From a virus (lineage: Duplodnaviria; Caudoviricetes), in IMG/VR virus record IMGVR_UViG_2869221657_000003, positions 1 through 64,000 of that record: DNA of 64,000 bases. One strand, written 5' to 3'. Positions 27,332 to 36,870 of this stretch are shown here, piece after piece; position 1 is the first letter of the stretch, and each line of letters starts with the position of its first letter. Made by a program: the position numbers and the translations under genes. Below the pieces are notes generated by a model. It was not told the DNA's origin. It saw nothing but the letters and a program-made list of their open reading frames with translations, and searched no databases.

Positions 27332-28290
27332 TGACCCTGACGCTTACCGCGATGCGGGGTTATCCGGGTTCAGGTAAGTCCACTAAGGCGCGGGAAATCG
27401 CTAACGAAACCGGCGCGGTAGTTGTTTGTCGGGTCGAGCTGCGGAAGATGCTCCACGATAACTACTTCACTGGGAATAAGGACCGTGAGGCCGAGGTCAC
27501 TGTTGCGGAGCGTGCGCAGGTTAGCGCGTTCCTGAAGAACGGTACGTCGGTGATCGTGGATGCCACGCATTTGGAGCCGTCTTACCTGCGTAAGTGGGCG
27601 AAGATGGCGAGCCAGTACGGCGCGAAGTTTGAGCGCGTCGACATGGACACTCCGGCGGCGGACTGCATCCGGCGGGACCATGCACGCCAGCTCACTAAGA
27701 CTGCTGGTCGCGTGGTCGGCGAAGACGTGATTAAGCGGATGGCTAAGCGTCACCCGCAGAAGAACTGGCCGGATATCCAAGCGCCGCCCACGTTCACGCC
27801 GGTGCCGGTCGAATGGGTCGACGGACTGCCTGAGGCAATCATCGTGGATATCGACGGCACGGTGGCCCATATGGACGGGCGTTCGCCGTACGACTACACA
27901 CAGGTCCACACGGACACGGTTGACGAGCATGTTAGGTGGCTGGTCAATCTGGCTGCGTCTATCCGCTACGACTCGGTTGTAGAGGCGCGCGACCTGCCAT
28001 ATCCGCGTGTCCTGTTCGTCTCGGGTCGGGATGATTCCTGCCGGGACGAGACGGTCAAGTGGTTGGCGAACCACGGCATTCAGTTCGATGAGCTGCACAT
28101 GCGGCCTACCGGCGCTAAGGACGGCAATGGGAACAAGTTGCCTGACTACCTGGTGAAGTCGACGCTGTTCGATGAGAACATTCGCGGCAAATACAACGTC
28201 CGCTTCGTGCTGGACGACCGTGACCAGGTTGTGAACCTGTGGCGCTCGCTGGGGCTTAAGTGCCTGCAAGTTCAGCCGGGGGACTTCTAA
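27331..28290 (+). CDS. Polynucleotide 5'-kinase/3'-phosphatase (T4 Pnk-like)
   Basis: GYPGSGKST, IVDAT; HAD DIDGT, FVSGR, VLDDRDQVV. Confidence 0.92.
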   Translation: MTLTLTAMRGYPGSGKSTKAREIANETGAVVVCRVELRKMLHDNYFTGNKDREAEVTVAERAQVSAFLKNGTSVIVDATHLEPSYLRKWAKMASQYGAKFERVDMDTPAADCIRRDHARQLTKTAGRVVGEDVIKRMAKRHPQKNWPDIQAPPTFTPVPVEWVDGLPEAIIVDIDGTVAHMDGRSPYDYTQVHTDTVDEHVRWLVNLAASIRYDSVVEARDLPYPRVLFVSGRDDSCRDETVKWLANHGIQFDELHMRPTGAKDGNGNKLPDYLVKSTLFDENIRGKYNVRFVLDDRDQVVNLWRSLGLKCLQVQPGDF

Positions 28291-28341
28291 CCAGGCGGGC
28301 CGCATATTTGAAATGAGGCAGCAGTAGAACACCTGCTAACA

Positions 28342-28722
28342 GTGCCGATGAAGCGACCGCCCCTAACCACCAATCAGGCGTGGCAATCCCACTGGCGGAA
28401 ACGTTCAGACGCAAAGAAGCAAGTAGAAGAAACAGTAGGTTGGTTGGCCCGGCAGGCGGGCTTAAAAGACTTAGGTCCGTCTGTCGTGTCAATCACCTGG
28501 TACGCCCCGGATAGACGCAACCGGGATTCGGACTCACTAGCGGAGTTCCAAAAAGGTGTATTAGACGGCCTGGTGAAAGTCGGTGTTTGGCCCGACGATC
28601 ACAGCGATTACGTCATACAGACGCGGCTAGCCGTAACTAAGGCAGAGACACGAAACCCTCGTATTGAGATAAGGATTTGGGAAGTTGACGACACCAGAAT
28701 TGAGATGGTGGGAACTGGCTGA
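28342..28722 (+). CDS. rusA: RusA-like Holliday junction resolvase
   Basis: RRNRDSDSL..KGVLDGLV..GVWPDD. Confidence 0.75.
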   Translation: MPMKRPPLTTNQAWQSHWRKRSDAKKQVEETVGWLARQAGLKDLGPSVVSITWYAPDRRNRDSDSLAEFQKGVLDGLVKVGVWPDDHSDYVIQTRLAVTKAETRNPRIEIRIWEVDDTRIEMVGTG

Positions 28723-29023
28723 GTGCCAGTACATCGGCATTGAGGCATTCTACGCCGAAGGGCAAGGCCACAAGATGACTGAGGCTAAGAAAATCTGCGC
28801 CGGGTGCCCGGTCGTTAGCGAGTGCTTAGAGGCCGCGCTAATCGAGGAAAGCGGCCTTGACTACAACCACCGCTTCGGGATGCGCGGCGCGTTGAGCCCC
28901 CGTGAACGGTGGGCGCTAGCTAAGGAACGCGGTGAGGACACCGAGTTCGATAACGGCGAGCCGGTTTATTGGCCTGTCGAAATGGAGCCTGTTTATTGGC
29001 CCGTCGAGTTGGAGGTTGCGTGA
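28685..29023 (+). CDS. WhiB-family protein
   Basis: AKKICAGCPVVSECLEAAL...GMRGALSPRER. Confidence 0.85.
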   Translation: MTTPELRWWELAECQYIGIEAFYAEGQGHKMTEAKKICAGCPVVSECLEAALIEESGLDYNHRFGMRGALSPRERWALAKERGEDTEFDNGEPVYWPVEMEPVYWPVELEVA

Positions 29024-29394
29024 GTAAGTCGCCAGGACGAATCGTCAAGCGCATGGGATTGGGCCAGGAGACTATTCAGGTAAAGAACCTGAGTGGTATT
29101 CGTACCCGCCTTATCCCGGAGTTGGAGATTCCGGAACTTCCGGGCGCAGCCTGCAAGGGTGTGGTTACCGGCCCTGAGAATGACATCTTCCATCCCGGCC
29201 CTGGCGCTGGTGGCCGCAATAAGCGTGACGCCGCTAAGGCGATGTGCGGGGGTTGCCCGGTTAAAGCGGCGTGCTTGGAGTACGCGCTTGATTGGGACTC
29301 AAGCCATGACTATTACGAGCGGTCCGAAGGTGTGTGGGGGGGAACCACTGAGGCGGAACGCAAGGAAATCCTTAAGGGGAGAAATGCTGCTTAG
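29020..29394 (+). CDS. WhiB-family protein
   Basis: AKAMCGGCPVKAACLEYAL...GVWGGTTEAER. Confidence 0.9.
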   Translation: MSKSPGRIVKRMGLGQETIQVKNLSGIRTRLIPELEIPELPGAACKGVVTGPENDIFHPGPGAGGRNKRDAAKAMCGGCPVKAACLEYALDWDSSHDYYERSEGVWGGTTEAERKEILKGRNAA

Positions 29395-29629
29395 CACGAA
29401 AATCAAGCTGGACTGCGGGGGTGTGCTTAGCTACTCGCTCAATCCGAAGTACGGCACGCATTGTGTGTACGTCGACAAGGGGTGCGGCCAGAGTGATTTG
29501 TCCGCCCCTATTGTTTTCCTGCCCGGCGAGGCGATCAATCTGCTTGGTCCTCACCGTGACGCTAACCCGGAGGTTCAAGAGCTAATCCGTTGGCTCTCTA
29601 ACCTGCCAAGTGGTCAGCGGTGGTTCTAG
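29384..29629 (+). CDS. Hypothetical protein
   Basis: Operon packing. Confidence 0.4.
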   Translation: MLLSTKIKLDCGGVLSYSLNPKYGTHCVYVDKGCGQSDLSAPIVFLPGEAINLLGPHRDANPEVQELIRWLSNLPSGQRWF

Positions 29630-30174
29630 AGCCACGCTGCCGCGCCGGTAAGCGCTGTGTGAGCCGTACGCCTGACGGCCCCGCCATCACGGCGCTACGG
29701 CCCCTGTGTGACGGGTGCGTGCGCGACGTGCAGAAGTGCCTTGACGAGCTGCCCACCTATCTCGGCCTGTTGGACAAGTACAAGGGCTACATCCCACGTT
29801 CGGTAGGCCAGTCCAAGGTTAAGGGCTCCGCTGAACCTAAGGCTCCGCTGAACCTGACGGTCATGGATTTGATCGCAGAGATAGGCGCGCTGATCCGCCG
29901 GGTCGACGGTTACCAGATTCGGGACCTGATCACCCTTACCGGCGGGCTGGAGATAGCTCTTGATGTCCGCGCGGCCCATTCCAAGGCTGACGGCATTATC
30001 GGGCTACAGCGGATTTGGGAGCGGCGGCGGGTGCCGTGTCCTGAGTGCAAGCTGCCAACTTTGGGCGGTTGGGTTGGTGAAGAAAAAATCTACTGCACAA
30101 ATTCTGACTGCGGGACGACTCTGACTAAGGCGCAATATGAAGACTACTGCGAGGTTAAATCCCGTAAGCGGTGA
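29620..30174 (+). CDS. Zn-finger phage protein
   Basis: C...C, CxxC, PCPEC, CTNSDC. Confidence 0.55.
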   Translation: MVLEPRCRAGKRCVSRTPDGPAITALRPLCDGCVRDVQKCLDELPTYLGLLDKYKGYIPRSVGQSKVKGSAEPKAPLNLTVMDLIAEIGALIRRVDGYQIRDLITLTGGLEIALDVRAAHSKADGIIGLQRIWERRRVPCPECKLPTLGGWVGEEKIYCTNSDCGTTLTKAQYEDYCEVKSRKR

Positions 30175-31015
30175 GCGGGTATGTCACGAATGGCCCACAT
30201 GTGAGCGCAAATACTACGCTAAAGGGTATTGCTTCTTTCACTACCAACGGATTAAGAACGGCGTGCCGTTCGACGCGCCCTATAACGTTAGGCCGAATAG
30301 GGCTGCTGAGCACGGGTTGCAGGGGTATCGCCGGGGATGCCGGTGCCCAGTTTGCGGTGAAGCAAAGTCAGCCCACAACCGAAAGCATTGGCACGGCCCC
30401 CGTCCCCGCGTAGTGGAGTTTGATTGCCAATTCTGCGGCAAACGGGGCATTGCAGATAAACGGACCAGGGCTATGTTCTGCTCCCGCGCATGTTCCGCCA
30501 GGGCTGCCGCTTGGCAGATGGCCGGTCCCCGTCCGTTGGTTAAGTGGGTAGGCGACCCGCTGGCAGAAAAGAGGGCCAAGCTTAATACCCACTCGCGCGG
30601 CGACAAGGTGTTAATCGCCGGGTATTGCGTGATCTGTGATGGCTCGTTCATCTATGCGAGCCGTTGGAGGCGGACCTGCTCGGACGAGTGCGCGGAGCGG
30701 TTAGAGGAAAATGGTAGGCGCGCGGCTCGCGCCCGCCGCCGCGCCCGTTTGAGGGACGCGTTTGTTTCGTCGGTATCTCCTATCGAAATATTCAAACGCG
30801 ACCACTATTGGTGCTACTTGTGCAATAGGCGCACTAGCGATGATGCGAAGGTGCCTGATCCACTCGCGCCAACCATTGACCATGTGATTCCCCTTGCAAA
30901 GGGTGGGGCGCATGAACCCGGAAATTGTCGTACCGCTTGCTTTGAATGCAACGTGCGTAAGGGCGACCGGGATGTTAACGAAATGCCGACTGGTGAATAC
31001 CAGTTGGCGGGATAA
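30137..31015 (+). CDS. HNH endonuclease
   Basis: CYLC...PTIDHVIPLAKGGAHEPGNCRTACFECN. Confidence 0.85.
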   Translation: MKTTARLNPVSGERVCHEWPTCERKYYAKGYCFFHYQRIKNGVPFDAPYNVRPNRAAEHGLQGYRRGCRCPVCGEAKSAHNRKHWHGPRPRVVEFDCQFCGKRGIADKRTRAMFCSRACSARAAAWQMAGPRPLVKWVGDPLAEKRAKLNTHSRGDKVLIAGYCVICDGSFIYASRWRRTCSDECAERLEENGRRAARARRRARLRDAFVSSVSPIEIFKRDHYWCYLCNRRTSDDAKVPDPLAPTIDHVIPLAKGGAHEPGNCRTACFECNVRKGDRDVNEMPTGEYQLAG

Positions 31016-31025
31016 GGAGTATTAG

Positions 31026-31403
31026 TTGGCTAACGTCGATATCAGGATTGAGGGCAACCTAACCGCCGATCCGGAACTGCGCGTTTTGGAATCCGGGGTG
31101 TCGGTCGCTCAGTTCTCGGTGGCGTCTACGCCGCGCGTCAAAAAGGGCGATGAGTGGGTTGACGGTGAAACCGTGTTCCTGCGCGTGTCTGTTTGGCGTG
31201 AGCTGGCTGAGGGTGTGACTGATCAGCTCCGTAAGGGCGATTCGGTGATTGTGGTCGGGAAGCTTAAGCAGCGTTCGTACACAAAGGACGGCGAAAAGAA
31301 GTCGGTCTTTGAGGTTGACGGCGAGTTCGTCGGTAAGAACATGCGGGCTAAGAAGAACCGCGAGGGTGGCGGCTATTCCGGTGGGGATAACTCCGGCTGG
31401 TAG
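31026..31403 (+). CDS. ssb: Single-stranded DNA-binding protein
   Basis: GNLTADPELR, FSVASTPR, V.VWRELAE, LKQRSY. Confidence 0.93.
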   Translation: MANVDIRIEGNLTADPELRVLESGVSVAQFSVASTPRVKKGDEWVDGETVFLRVSVWRELAEGVTDQLRKGDSVIVVGKLKQRSYTKDGEKKSVFEVDGEFVGKNMRAKKNREGGGYSGGDNSGW

Positions 31404-31432
31404 GTCGCTTAACCGCTACGAAAGGTTGCTTT

Positions 31433-31651
31433 GTGTCTCACGAAAAGACTTCTGTTGTGCTGCGCAAAATTGACCGGGCGGCGAAAGTGCGGGGGATGAC
31501 CTTCGTCTTTCGCCGTCCTGGCGGTAATCACAGCATTTATGACTTAGACGGCCATATGGTCACGATCCCCAATGGGTCGAAGGTGACGCGTGTGGAGTGT
31601 GTTTACCAGCAGTTGCAGGACAAGTTAGGGCGGGGTTGGTGGCGTGAGTAA
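31433..31651 (+). CDS. HicA-like toxin
   Basis: GGNHSIYDLDG..VTIP...LG.GWW. Confidence 0.55.
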   Translation: MSHEKTSVVLRKIDRAAKVRGMTFVFRRPGGNHSIYDLDGHMVTIPNGSKVTRVECVYQQLQDKLGRGWWRE

Positions 31652-32057
31652 ACGGATATTGGTAACTGGTTCGCGGGACTGGTCAAATTGGGAACTGTTG
31701 CACTTAGCGCTTTACGCGCAAACCAAGCATTTCGAGGACGCGATTATCGTCCACGGGTGCGCGCCTGGCGCTGACACTATTGCCCGCCGGTATGCGGGTG
31801 GCCGGGTCGGCGTCACAGCGGAGGGCCACCCGGCGGAATGGGATAAACCGTGCGGCACCGGCTGCTATCACAGGCCGCGCTTTAAGAACGGTAAGCCTTA
31901 TTGCCCGCTGCAAGGCCACTTCCGTAATCAGCTGATGGTGGATCTTGGCGCGGATTTGTGCCTGGCTTTCCCGTTGGGGGAGTCGCGTGGCACTAGGGAT
32001 TGTATGAAGCGGGCTGAGCGTGCCGGTATCCGCGTGATCAATTACGGAGATGACTAG
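31644..32057 (+). CDS. SLOG/DUF2493 (YspA-like) protein
   Basis: RILVTGSRDW, IVHG.A.GAD, RNQLMVD, GTRDC. Confidence 0.8.
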   Translation: MSKRILVTGSRDWSNWELLHLALYAQTKHFEDAIIVHGCAPGADTIARRYAGGRVGVTAEGHPAEWDKPCGTGCYHRPRFKNGKPYCPLQGHFRNQLMVDLGADLCLAFPLGESRGTRDCMKRAERAGIRVINYGDD

Positions 32058-32285
32058 ATGAGTGTTCTGCATTACCAGGGCCGGGTGAGCCCGCCCCACG
32101 ATGAGCTACTTGGCCCCGACAAGTTTGGTGCCTATTACGCGCCTGTAGCTGACTCGTATGACCCTGTGGCGGATGTGACGGCGGTGACTGTGCGCCCGGC
32201 GCTGAAAGAGGCGCGAGAGGCGCACGTAGACCGCCGCAAAGAGCGGGTGCTGATCTTGGACCGGATTCGGCGGCTGTTCCTGTGA
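32058..32285 (+). CDS. Hypothetical protein
   Basis: Operon packing. Confidence 0.5.
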   Translation: MSVLHYQGRVSPPHDELLGPDKFGAYYAPVADSYDPVADVTAVTVRPALKEAREAHVDRRKERVLILDRIRRLFL

Positions 32286-32325
32286 CAGCTGCGGCATGGA
32301 TTGAGAAATTGGATCGGGAGATAGA

Positions 32326-33603
32326 GTGAGTTTCGACATTCCGGAGAACGTTAACTACGCGGCAACCATCGTTAAGGTGCCCGAACCGCTGCGCGTGGTC
32401 GGCTTGGACAACCTGGTTGCCATTCCGCTGTTCGGGTTTCAGTCGCTAACCCAAAAGGCTGACATTAAGGCCGGGGACCTCCGGGTGTTGTTCACTGCGG
32501 AGACGCAGCTTGATACTGAGTACGCGGCGGAAAACAACCTGTTCCGTGAGGCGACCCTGAACCGGGACGCCAACGAGACGGGCTACCTTGAGCCTAACGC
32601 CCGCGTTAAGGCGATCCGGCTGCGGAAGAACAACAGCAATGCGCTGCTTATGCCGCTGTCGTCGCTGGCCTACACCGGCTATGACGTGTCGACGCTGCAA
32701 CCGGGTGACACCTTCGACAAGCTGAACGGTCACACGATCTGCCGTAAGTACGTGGTGCCGGGTAAGGCCGTGCAGGGTTTGCCTAAGGGTCCGAAGATTC
32801 GTTCGCGGGTTGACCAGAACATTTTCAAGATGCATCTGGACACCGAGCAGCTGTTTAGGAATCTGCATCACTTCCGTGATCCTAAGTTCGTCGTGGTCAC
32901 GCAGAAGTTGCATGGGACCAGCTGGCGCGGCGGTAACGTGCCGGAGCTGCGTGACAAGGGGCGGCTTGAGCGGTTCGTTAACAAGTGGCTGAAGATTTCC
33001 ACGCCGGATACCCACTACAAGCACAACTTCGGGTCACGGCGGGTCATTAAGGGCCGTCCGGACAATAACCACTTCTACGACACCGACCTGTGGACCGAAT
33101 ACGGTAAGAAGCTTGACGGGATGATCCCTAAGAACTTCATCGTGTACGGCGAGCTGATCGGTTGGGTGGACGAGCGCAAGCCGATTCAGGCGGGTTACAC
33201 CTACAACCTGAAGCCGGGTGCGTGCGAGCTTTACGTGTACCGGGTGGCGACGGTTAACGAAGACGGCATCATGGCCGATCTGTCGTGGGCTGGCGTTAAG
33301 GACTTCTGTGCGACGTTGGGGCTCAAGCATGTGCCGGAGCTTTGGTCGGGTTGGGTGATTACCGACGCGGACTTTGAGCACAACTTTGTCGAGCGCTGGT
33401 CGTCGCTGTATCTGGACACCCGCTACACGGATAACCACGATAACGCGGTTCCGCTTAGCGATCCCAAGTCGGTGGACGAGGGTATCTGCGTGCGTATCGA
33501 GGGCCAGATTCCACGGGTGCTCAAGGCAAAGAGTCCGAAGTTCTTTGAGTACGAGACTAAGCAGTTGGACACTAACGAATTGAATATGGAGGATGCTGCG
33601 TGA
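32326..33603 (+). CDS. ATP-dependent RNA ligase (Rnl2-like) with N-terminal OB-like domain
   Basis: TQKLHGTS, YGELIG, YVYRV, VPEL, DEGICVR, LKAKS. Confidence 0.85.
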   Translation: MSFDIPENVNYAATIVKVPEPLRVVGLDNLVAIPLFGFQSLTQKADIKAGDLRVLFTAETQLDTEYAAENNLFREATLNRDANETGYLEPNARVKAIRLRKNNSNALLMPLSSLAYTGYDVSTLQPGDTFDKLNGHTICRKYVVPGKAVQGLPKGPKIRSRVDQNIFKMHLDTEQLFRNLHHFRDPKFVVVTQKLHGTSWRGGNVPELRDKGRLERFVNKWLKISTPDTHYKHNFGSRRVIKGRPDNNHFYDTDLWTEYGKKLDGMIPKNFIVYGELIGWVDERKPIQAGYTYNLKPGACELYVYRVATVNEDGIMADLSWAGVKDFCATLGLKHVPELWSGWVITDADFEHNFVERWSSLYLDTRYTDNHDNAVPLSDPKSVDEGICVRIEGQIPRVLKAKSPKFFEYETKQLDTNELNMEDAA

Positions 33604-34262
33604 CGCTGACTACCGAGGAATTTCGGGAGGCTTACCGGGCTGAGAAGCTTGGGCAGCTGCGGGCTGAGCGTGAGTTGGCTGAGCTGCGGACCGCTCAGGC
33701 TTTGCGCGAGGAGCGCCATTTCAACGCGACCGACGATATGGTGCGCCAGCACTATTTCATCGGTGCCGTGGATAGCGCGCACGTCAGCGCTTGCGCGCAG
33801 CACCTTGCATTCTGGGACCGTATCGACCCGACGTGCGACATGAATGTCGAGATTCATTCGGGCGGCGGCTCTTGCTTGGCGGGCTTGAACCTGTTTGACA
33901 CGCTGACCCGCTATTCGTTGCGGGGCGGCGGCAAGCACAAGCTGACTATCACTGTGCGTGGGTTGGCGGCGTCTATGGCGACGGTCTTGGTCCAGGCGGC
34001 GGATGAGCGCGTTATTGGCCCGGAGTCGTTCTTTATGGTTCACGAATTGTCCGGTCAGACGGCGGGCAAGATCGGTGAGCTTGAGGACACGATGGCTTAC
34101 TACCGGAAGATGAACACCCGTATCGGCGAAATCTATGTCGAGCGGTCTAACGGTAAATGCACTCCGGAGCAGTTCACAAAGTTGTGGACTCGGCAGGATG
34201 TGTGGCTGAACGCTCAGGAGGCGTTTGGTTTTGGTTTTGTGGATCGGATTGAGGGGGCTTAA
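33600..34262 (+). CDS. ClpP-like protease
   Basis: IHSGGG, GLAASMATVL, FMVHE, WLNAQEA..FGFVD. Confidence 0.88.
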   Translation: MTLTTEEFREAYRAEKLGQLRAERELAELRTAQALREERHFNATDDMVRQHYFIGAVDSAHVSACAQHLAFWDRIDPTCDMNVEIHSGGGSCLAGLNLFDTLTRYSLRGGGKHKLTITVRGLAASMATVLVQAADERVIGPESFFMVHELSGQTAGKIGELEDTMAYYRKMNTRIGEIYVERSNGKCTPEQFTKLWTRQDVWLNAQEAFGFGFVDRIEGA

Positions 34263-34265
34263 GTA

Positions 34266-34769
34266 ATGGTGGATTGGGATTTCTCGGGGGTTGGCGCTAA
34301 GGCCCCCACGTTGCGGCCTGAGCGGGAGCCGGTCACTCCCGGCGTCAGTAAGGTGCAGGCGGTTAAGGCTCTGCGGGCCGAGTTCCCGAATCTGGGCCTT
34401 AAAGAGGCGGTCGACATTGTTGACGGTAAGGCTGCCCGTCCGGATGATCCCGAGGTTCAGTTGATTGAGCTGACTGACACCGAGCGCCGGGTGGCGGTCA
34501 AGGCGCTGTCCAGGGTCACCCTTAACCCTGACGCCAAGGTTGACTTGATCGTGGACGCGATCAATAAGGTGCGTACCAGCGACCCGGAGGGCACCGTCCG
34601 TAAGTCGGTGGCCGGTCAGTACGCGTTCGCAGTCTCGCCGGGCACCTACCTGATCATCGAGACGGGCGACAACCCGCGCTACAAGTCCGCTAGCGAGCCT
34701 GAGGCGCGCGATATCAAGCGCTTTTGGTCGCGGGTTACCCCAGCCTCGTTTATGAGCCGTGGCGGGTAG
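34266..34769 (+). CDS. Protein with ribosomal L7/L12 C-terminal-like domain
   Basis: KVQAVKALRAEFPNLGLKEAVDIVD. Confidence 0.55.
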   Translation: MVDWDFSGVGAKAPTLRPEREPVTPGVSKVQAVKALRAEFPNLGLKEAVDIVDGKAARPDDPEVQLIELTDTERRVAVKALSRVTLNPDAKVDLIVDAINKVRTSDPEGTVRKSVAGQYAFAVSPGTYLIIETGDNPRYKSASEPEARDIKRFWSRVTPASFMSRGG

Positions 34770-35109
34770 CTGGCCCTGGCCCGAAGACACTAAGGACGAC
34801 CGGCTGCGCCGGATCATTGATCACTACCGGGACGCGCTCGCTGATATCGACCTAGAAGCGTGCTTAGGGGTCGACAAGCTGATGGTTGATTACGGTCAGC
34901 CGTGGGTGTGTGACAACACGGTGGTGGACGTTAACGCGATGGTCCCGGCCCGGTGGTTCTTTGAGAAGTACGGCATCCCGGAGTGGAATATTCGGGATTG
35001 GTCGCGGCGGCATCCGGAGCGCATTCGGAAGCACAAGGCTGCGAATGGTCGGACTTTGTTTCGGGTGGGGGATGTCCTGACGTACAACGCCACAAAGGGT
35101 AGCCAATGA
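34759..35109 (+). CDS. Hypothetical protein with C-terminal HTH-like region
   Basis: IRDWSRR..IRK..GRTLFRVGDV. Confidence 0.5.
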   Translation: MAGSWPWPEDTKDDRLRRIIDHYRDALADIDLEACLGVDKLMVDYGQPWVCDNTVVDVNAMVPARWFFEKYGIPEWNIRDWSRRHPERIRKHKAANGRTLFRVGDVLTYNATKGSQ

Positions 35110-35311
35110 AAATGATGGTTCAGGTTCTAAACGTGCCCGACATGGATTGCTTAGAGCAAGCGGAGCTATTGGTGGAGCTTCGCCAGTCGGTTATCGACAA
35201 GATGCAGCAGAAAGGCCATCCGTTTGGCTCGGGCTATTCGGTGTGGGCTTTCTATGACGACTAGCGCTGTAGTTCTTTTGTAAGCGTGCTAATGTTTTTG
35301 TAGGGAGAACT

Positions 35312-35731
35312 ATGTCTTGGCTGCCCTTATCTGGTGCCGATGGGTTCTTTATCAGCGATCAGGGGAAGTTCAAATCTCCGACTGGCCGCATCTTGAGCGA
35401 GTTCACCATTAACGGCTCCACGCGGGCCGTCAAGGTTCGCAAAAAGACGGTTCAGGTACATCTGGCGGTGCTGACCACGTTTGTCGGTCCACGGCCCCCT
35501 GGGGGCGTTCCCTGGTGGTCGAATGGCGACCCTACGGACAACCGGCTGGTGAATCTGAAGTGGCATGTGCCGAACAGTGATGAGGCTGAGGTTTTGGTGC
35601 GGGTGAATCGCTGCCGGAACGGTCATGTCTATTCGCGGGAGAACACGAAACATTGGGGCACCGGTCACCGGATTTGTTTGGACTGTGAAAAGGGCCATCC
35701 CCCGGTGACGCAACTTCCAGAGGTTCTGTAA
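35312..35731 (+). CDS. NUMOD4/HNH-type endonuclease
   Basis: VHLAVLTTFVGPRP..NGDPTDNRLVNL.W; CRNGH...CLDC. Confidence 0.75.
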   Translation: MSWLPLSGADGFFISDQGKFKSPTGRILSEFTINGSTRAVKVRKKTVQVHLAVLTTFVGPRPPGGVPWWSNGDPTDNRLVNLKWHVPNSDEAEVLVRVNRCRNGHVYSRENTKHWGTGHRICLDCEKGHPPVTQLPEVL

Positions 35732-35875
35732 AGAGGATTAGCGCGCCCGGTAAGGCTGGCTTTTAAACCGGAAGTCCTTATCGGTTCTGGCTGCGCTAGG
35801 GCGGTGCTCTCGGACGGCTGGCCTGAACGGGACGGCTCTATCAGGGAGCACCGCCTTACTTACTTAGGGGGTGCA

Positions 35876-36145
35876 TTGAAGCCGTCCGACATCGCGTGGC
35901 TCGCACTCACTGGCGGGATCATCGCCTATGAGATTGCGTGTCCGCCGGGGGAGCTTCTTAGCGAAGGTTGGGACAGATACGTAGAGAGTCACCCGATCCT
36001 GGCGCGCGCTGTGCCGGTGATCGTGGCTCTGCATTTAATCAACGCACTTCCGGGTGGTTTAGACCCGTTTGTGGCGGTTGGGAGAATTTATCTTGACTGG
36101 TTTGGAGCTAGTTTCCGCCGTAATGCTTTTTATCGGCGGCGTTAA
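35876..36145 (+). CDS. Small phage membrane protein
   Basis: AWLALTGGIIAYE.ACP.GELLSE. Confidence 0.55.
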   Translation: MKPSDIAWLALTGGIIAYEIACPPGELLSEGWDRYVESHPILARAVPVIVALHLINALPGGLDPFVAVGRIYLDWFGASFRRNAFYRRR

Positions 36146-36491
36146 CGGTACACCGTATATCTCGGGTGGCAATTCCCCGGCGGGTACTGATTGTAGTGGT
36201 TTAGCGTCGTGGGTTTCCAACATTGCTGTTGGCCGCGATCCGTTTAGCGGCAGGTTTGACACTCATAGTGAGGCGGCGGCTCTTAGGGAGCGTGGCTTTG
36301 TTGATGGGGATAAGCCTGGTGCTTTGGTGATCGGTTGGAACTCTAAGCACACGGCGGTCACGTTGCCGGATGGCACAAACATTTCCTCAGGTGAACGTGG
36401 CGGCGTTGCGGTTGGTGGCGGGGGAGCTTACCAGGCGCAGTTTACGCACCACATGTATTTGCCGGGGTCGGAGGAACGGGGAATTGACTAA
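36093..36491 (+). CDS. NlpC/P60-like endopeptidase
   Basis: PY..GG.S..GTDCSGL; HT.V.LP. Confidence 0.65.
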   Translation: MTGLELVSAVMLFIGGVNGTPYISGGNSPAGTDCSGLASWVSNIAVGRDPFSGRFDTHSEAAALRERGFVDGDKPGALVIGWNSKHTAVTLPDGTNISSGERGGVAVGGGGAYQAQFTHHMYLPGSEERGID

Positions 36492-36870
36492 GGAAACGGT
36501 CTGCCAAGAGGCTGAGCGGATTATCAACGGGCAGCGTCAGCAGGACTATGGCGATACCGCGCAGAACTGGAACCGGATTGCTGAGCTTTGGTCGGCGTAT
36601 CTAGGTACGAAGATTTCCGCGTTGGATGCGATTAACTTGCTGCTGCTGATGAAGGTGTCGCGCGCTAAGCGTGGTTATCACCGGGATTCGTATGTGGACA
36701 CTGCGGGCTATGCGGGCCTTGCTGAAAAGATTAATTCGGCTGAGCAGCCAAAGGCGCAGGCGGTGCTGCCCAGTATCCACGACACTCACGTTTACACCGG
36801 CCCTATGGGCGCGGGTCTGGTCACCGATCACATGAAGGCTATGGCCGCTGGGCCAAAGGCGTTCGCGTGA
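36484..36870 (+). CDS. DUF6378-like protein
   Basis: ING.RQQDYG...NW.RIA.LWSAYL...KVSR...DSYVD.AGY. Confidence 0.65.
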   Translation: MTKETVCQEAERIINGQRQQDYGDTAQNWNRIAELWSAYLGTKISALDAINLLLLMKVSRAKRGYHRDSYVDTAGYAGLAEKINSAEQPKAQAVLPSIHDTHVYTGPMGAGLVTDHMKAMAAGPKAFA

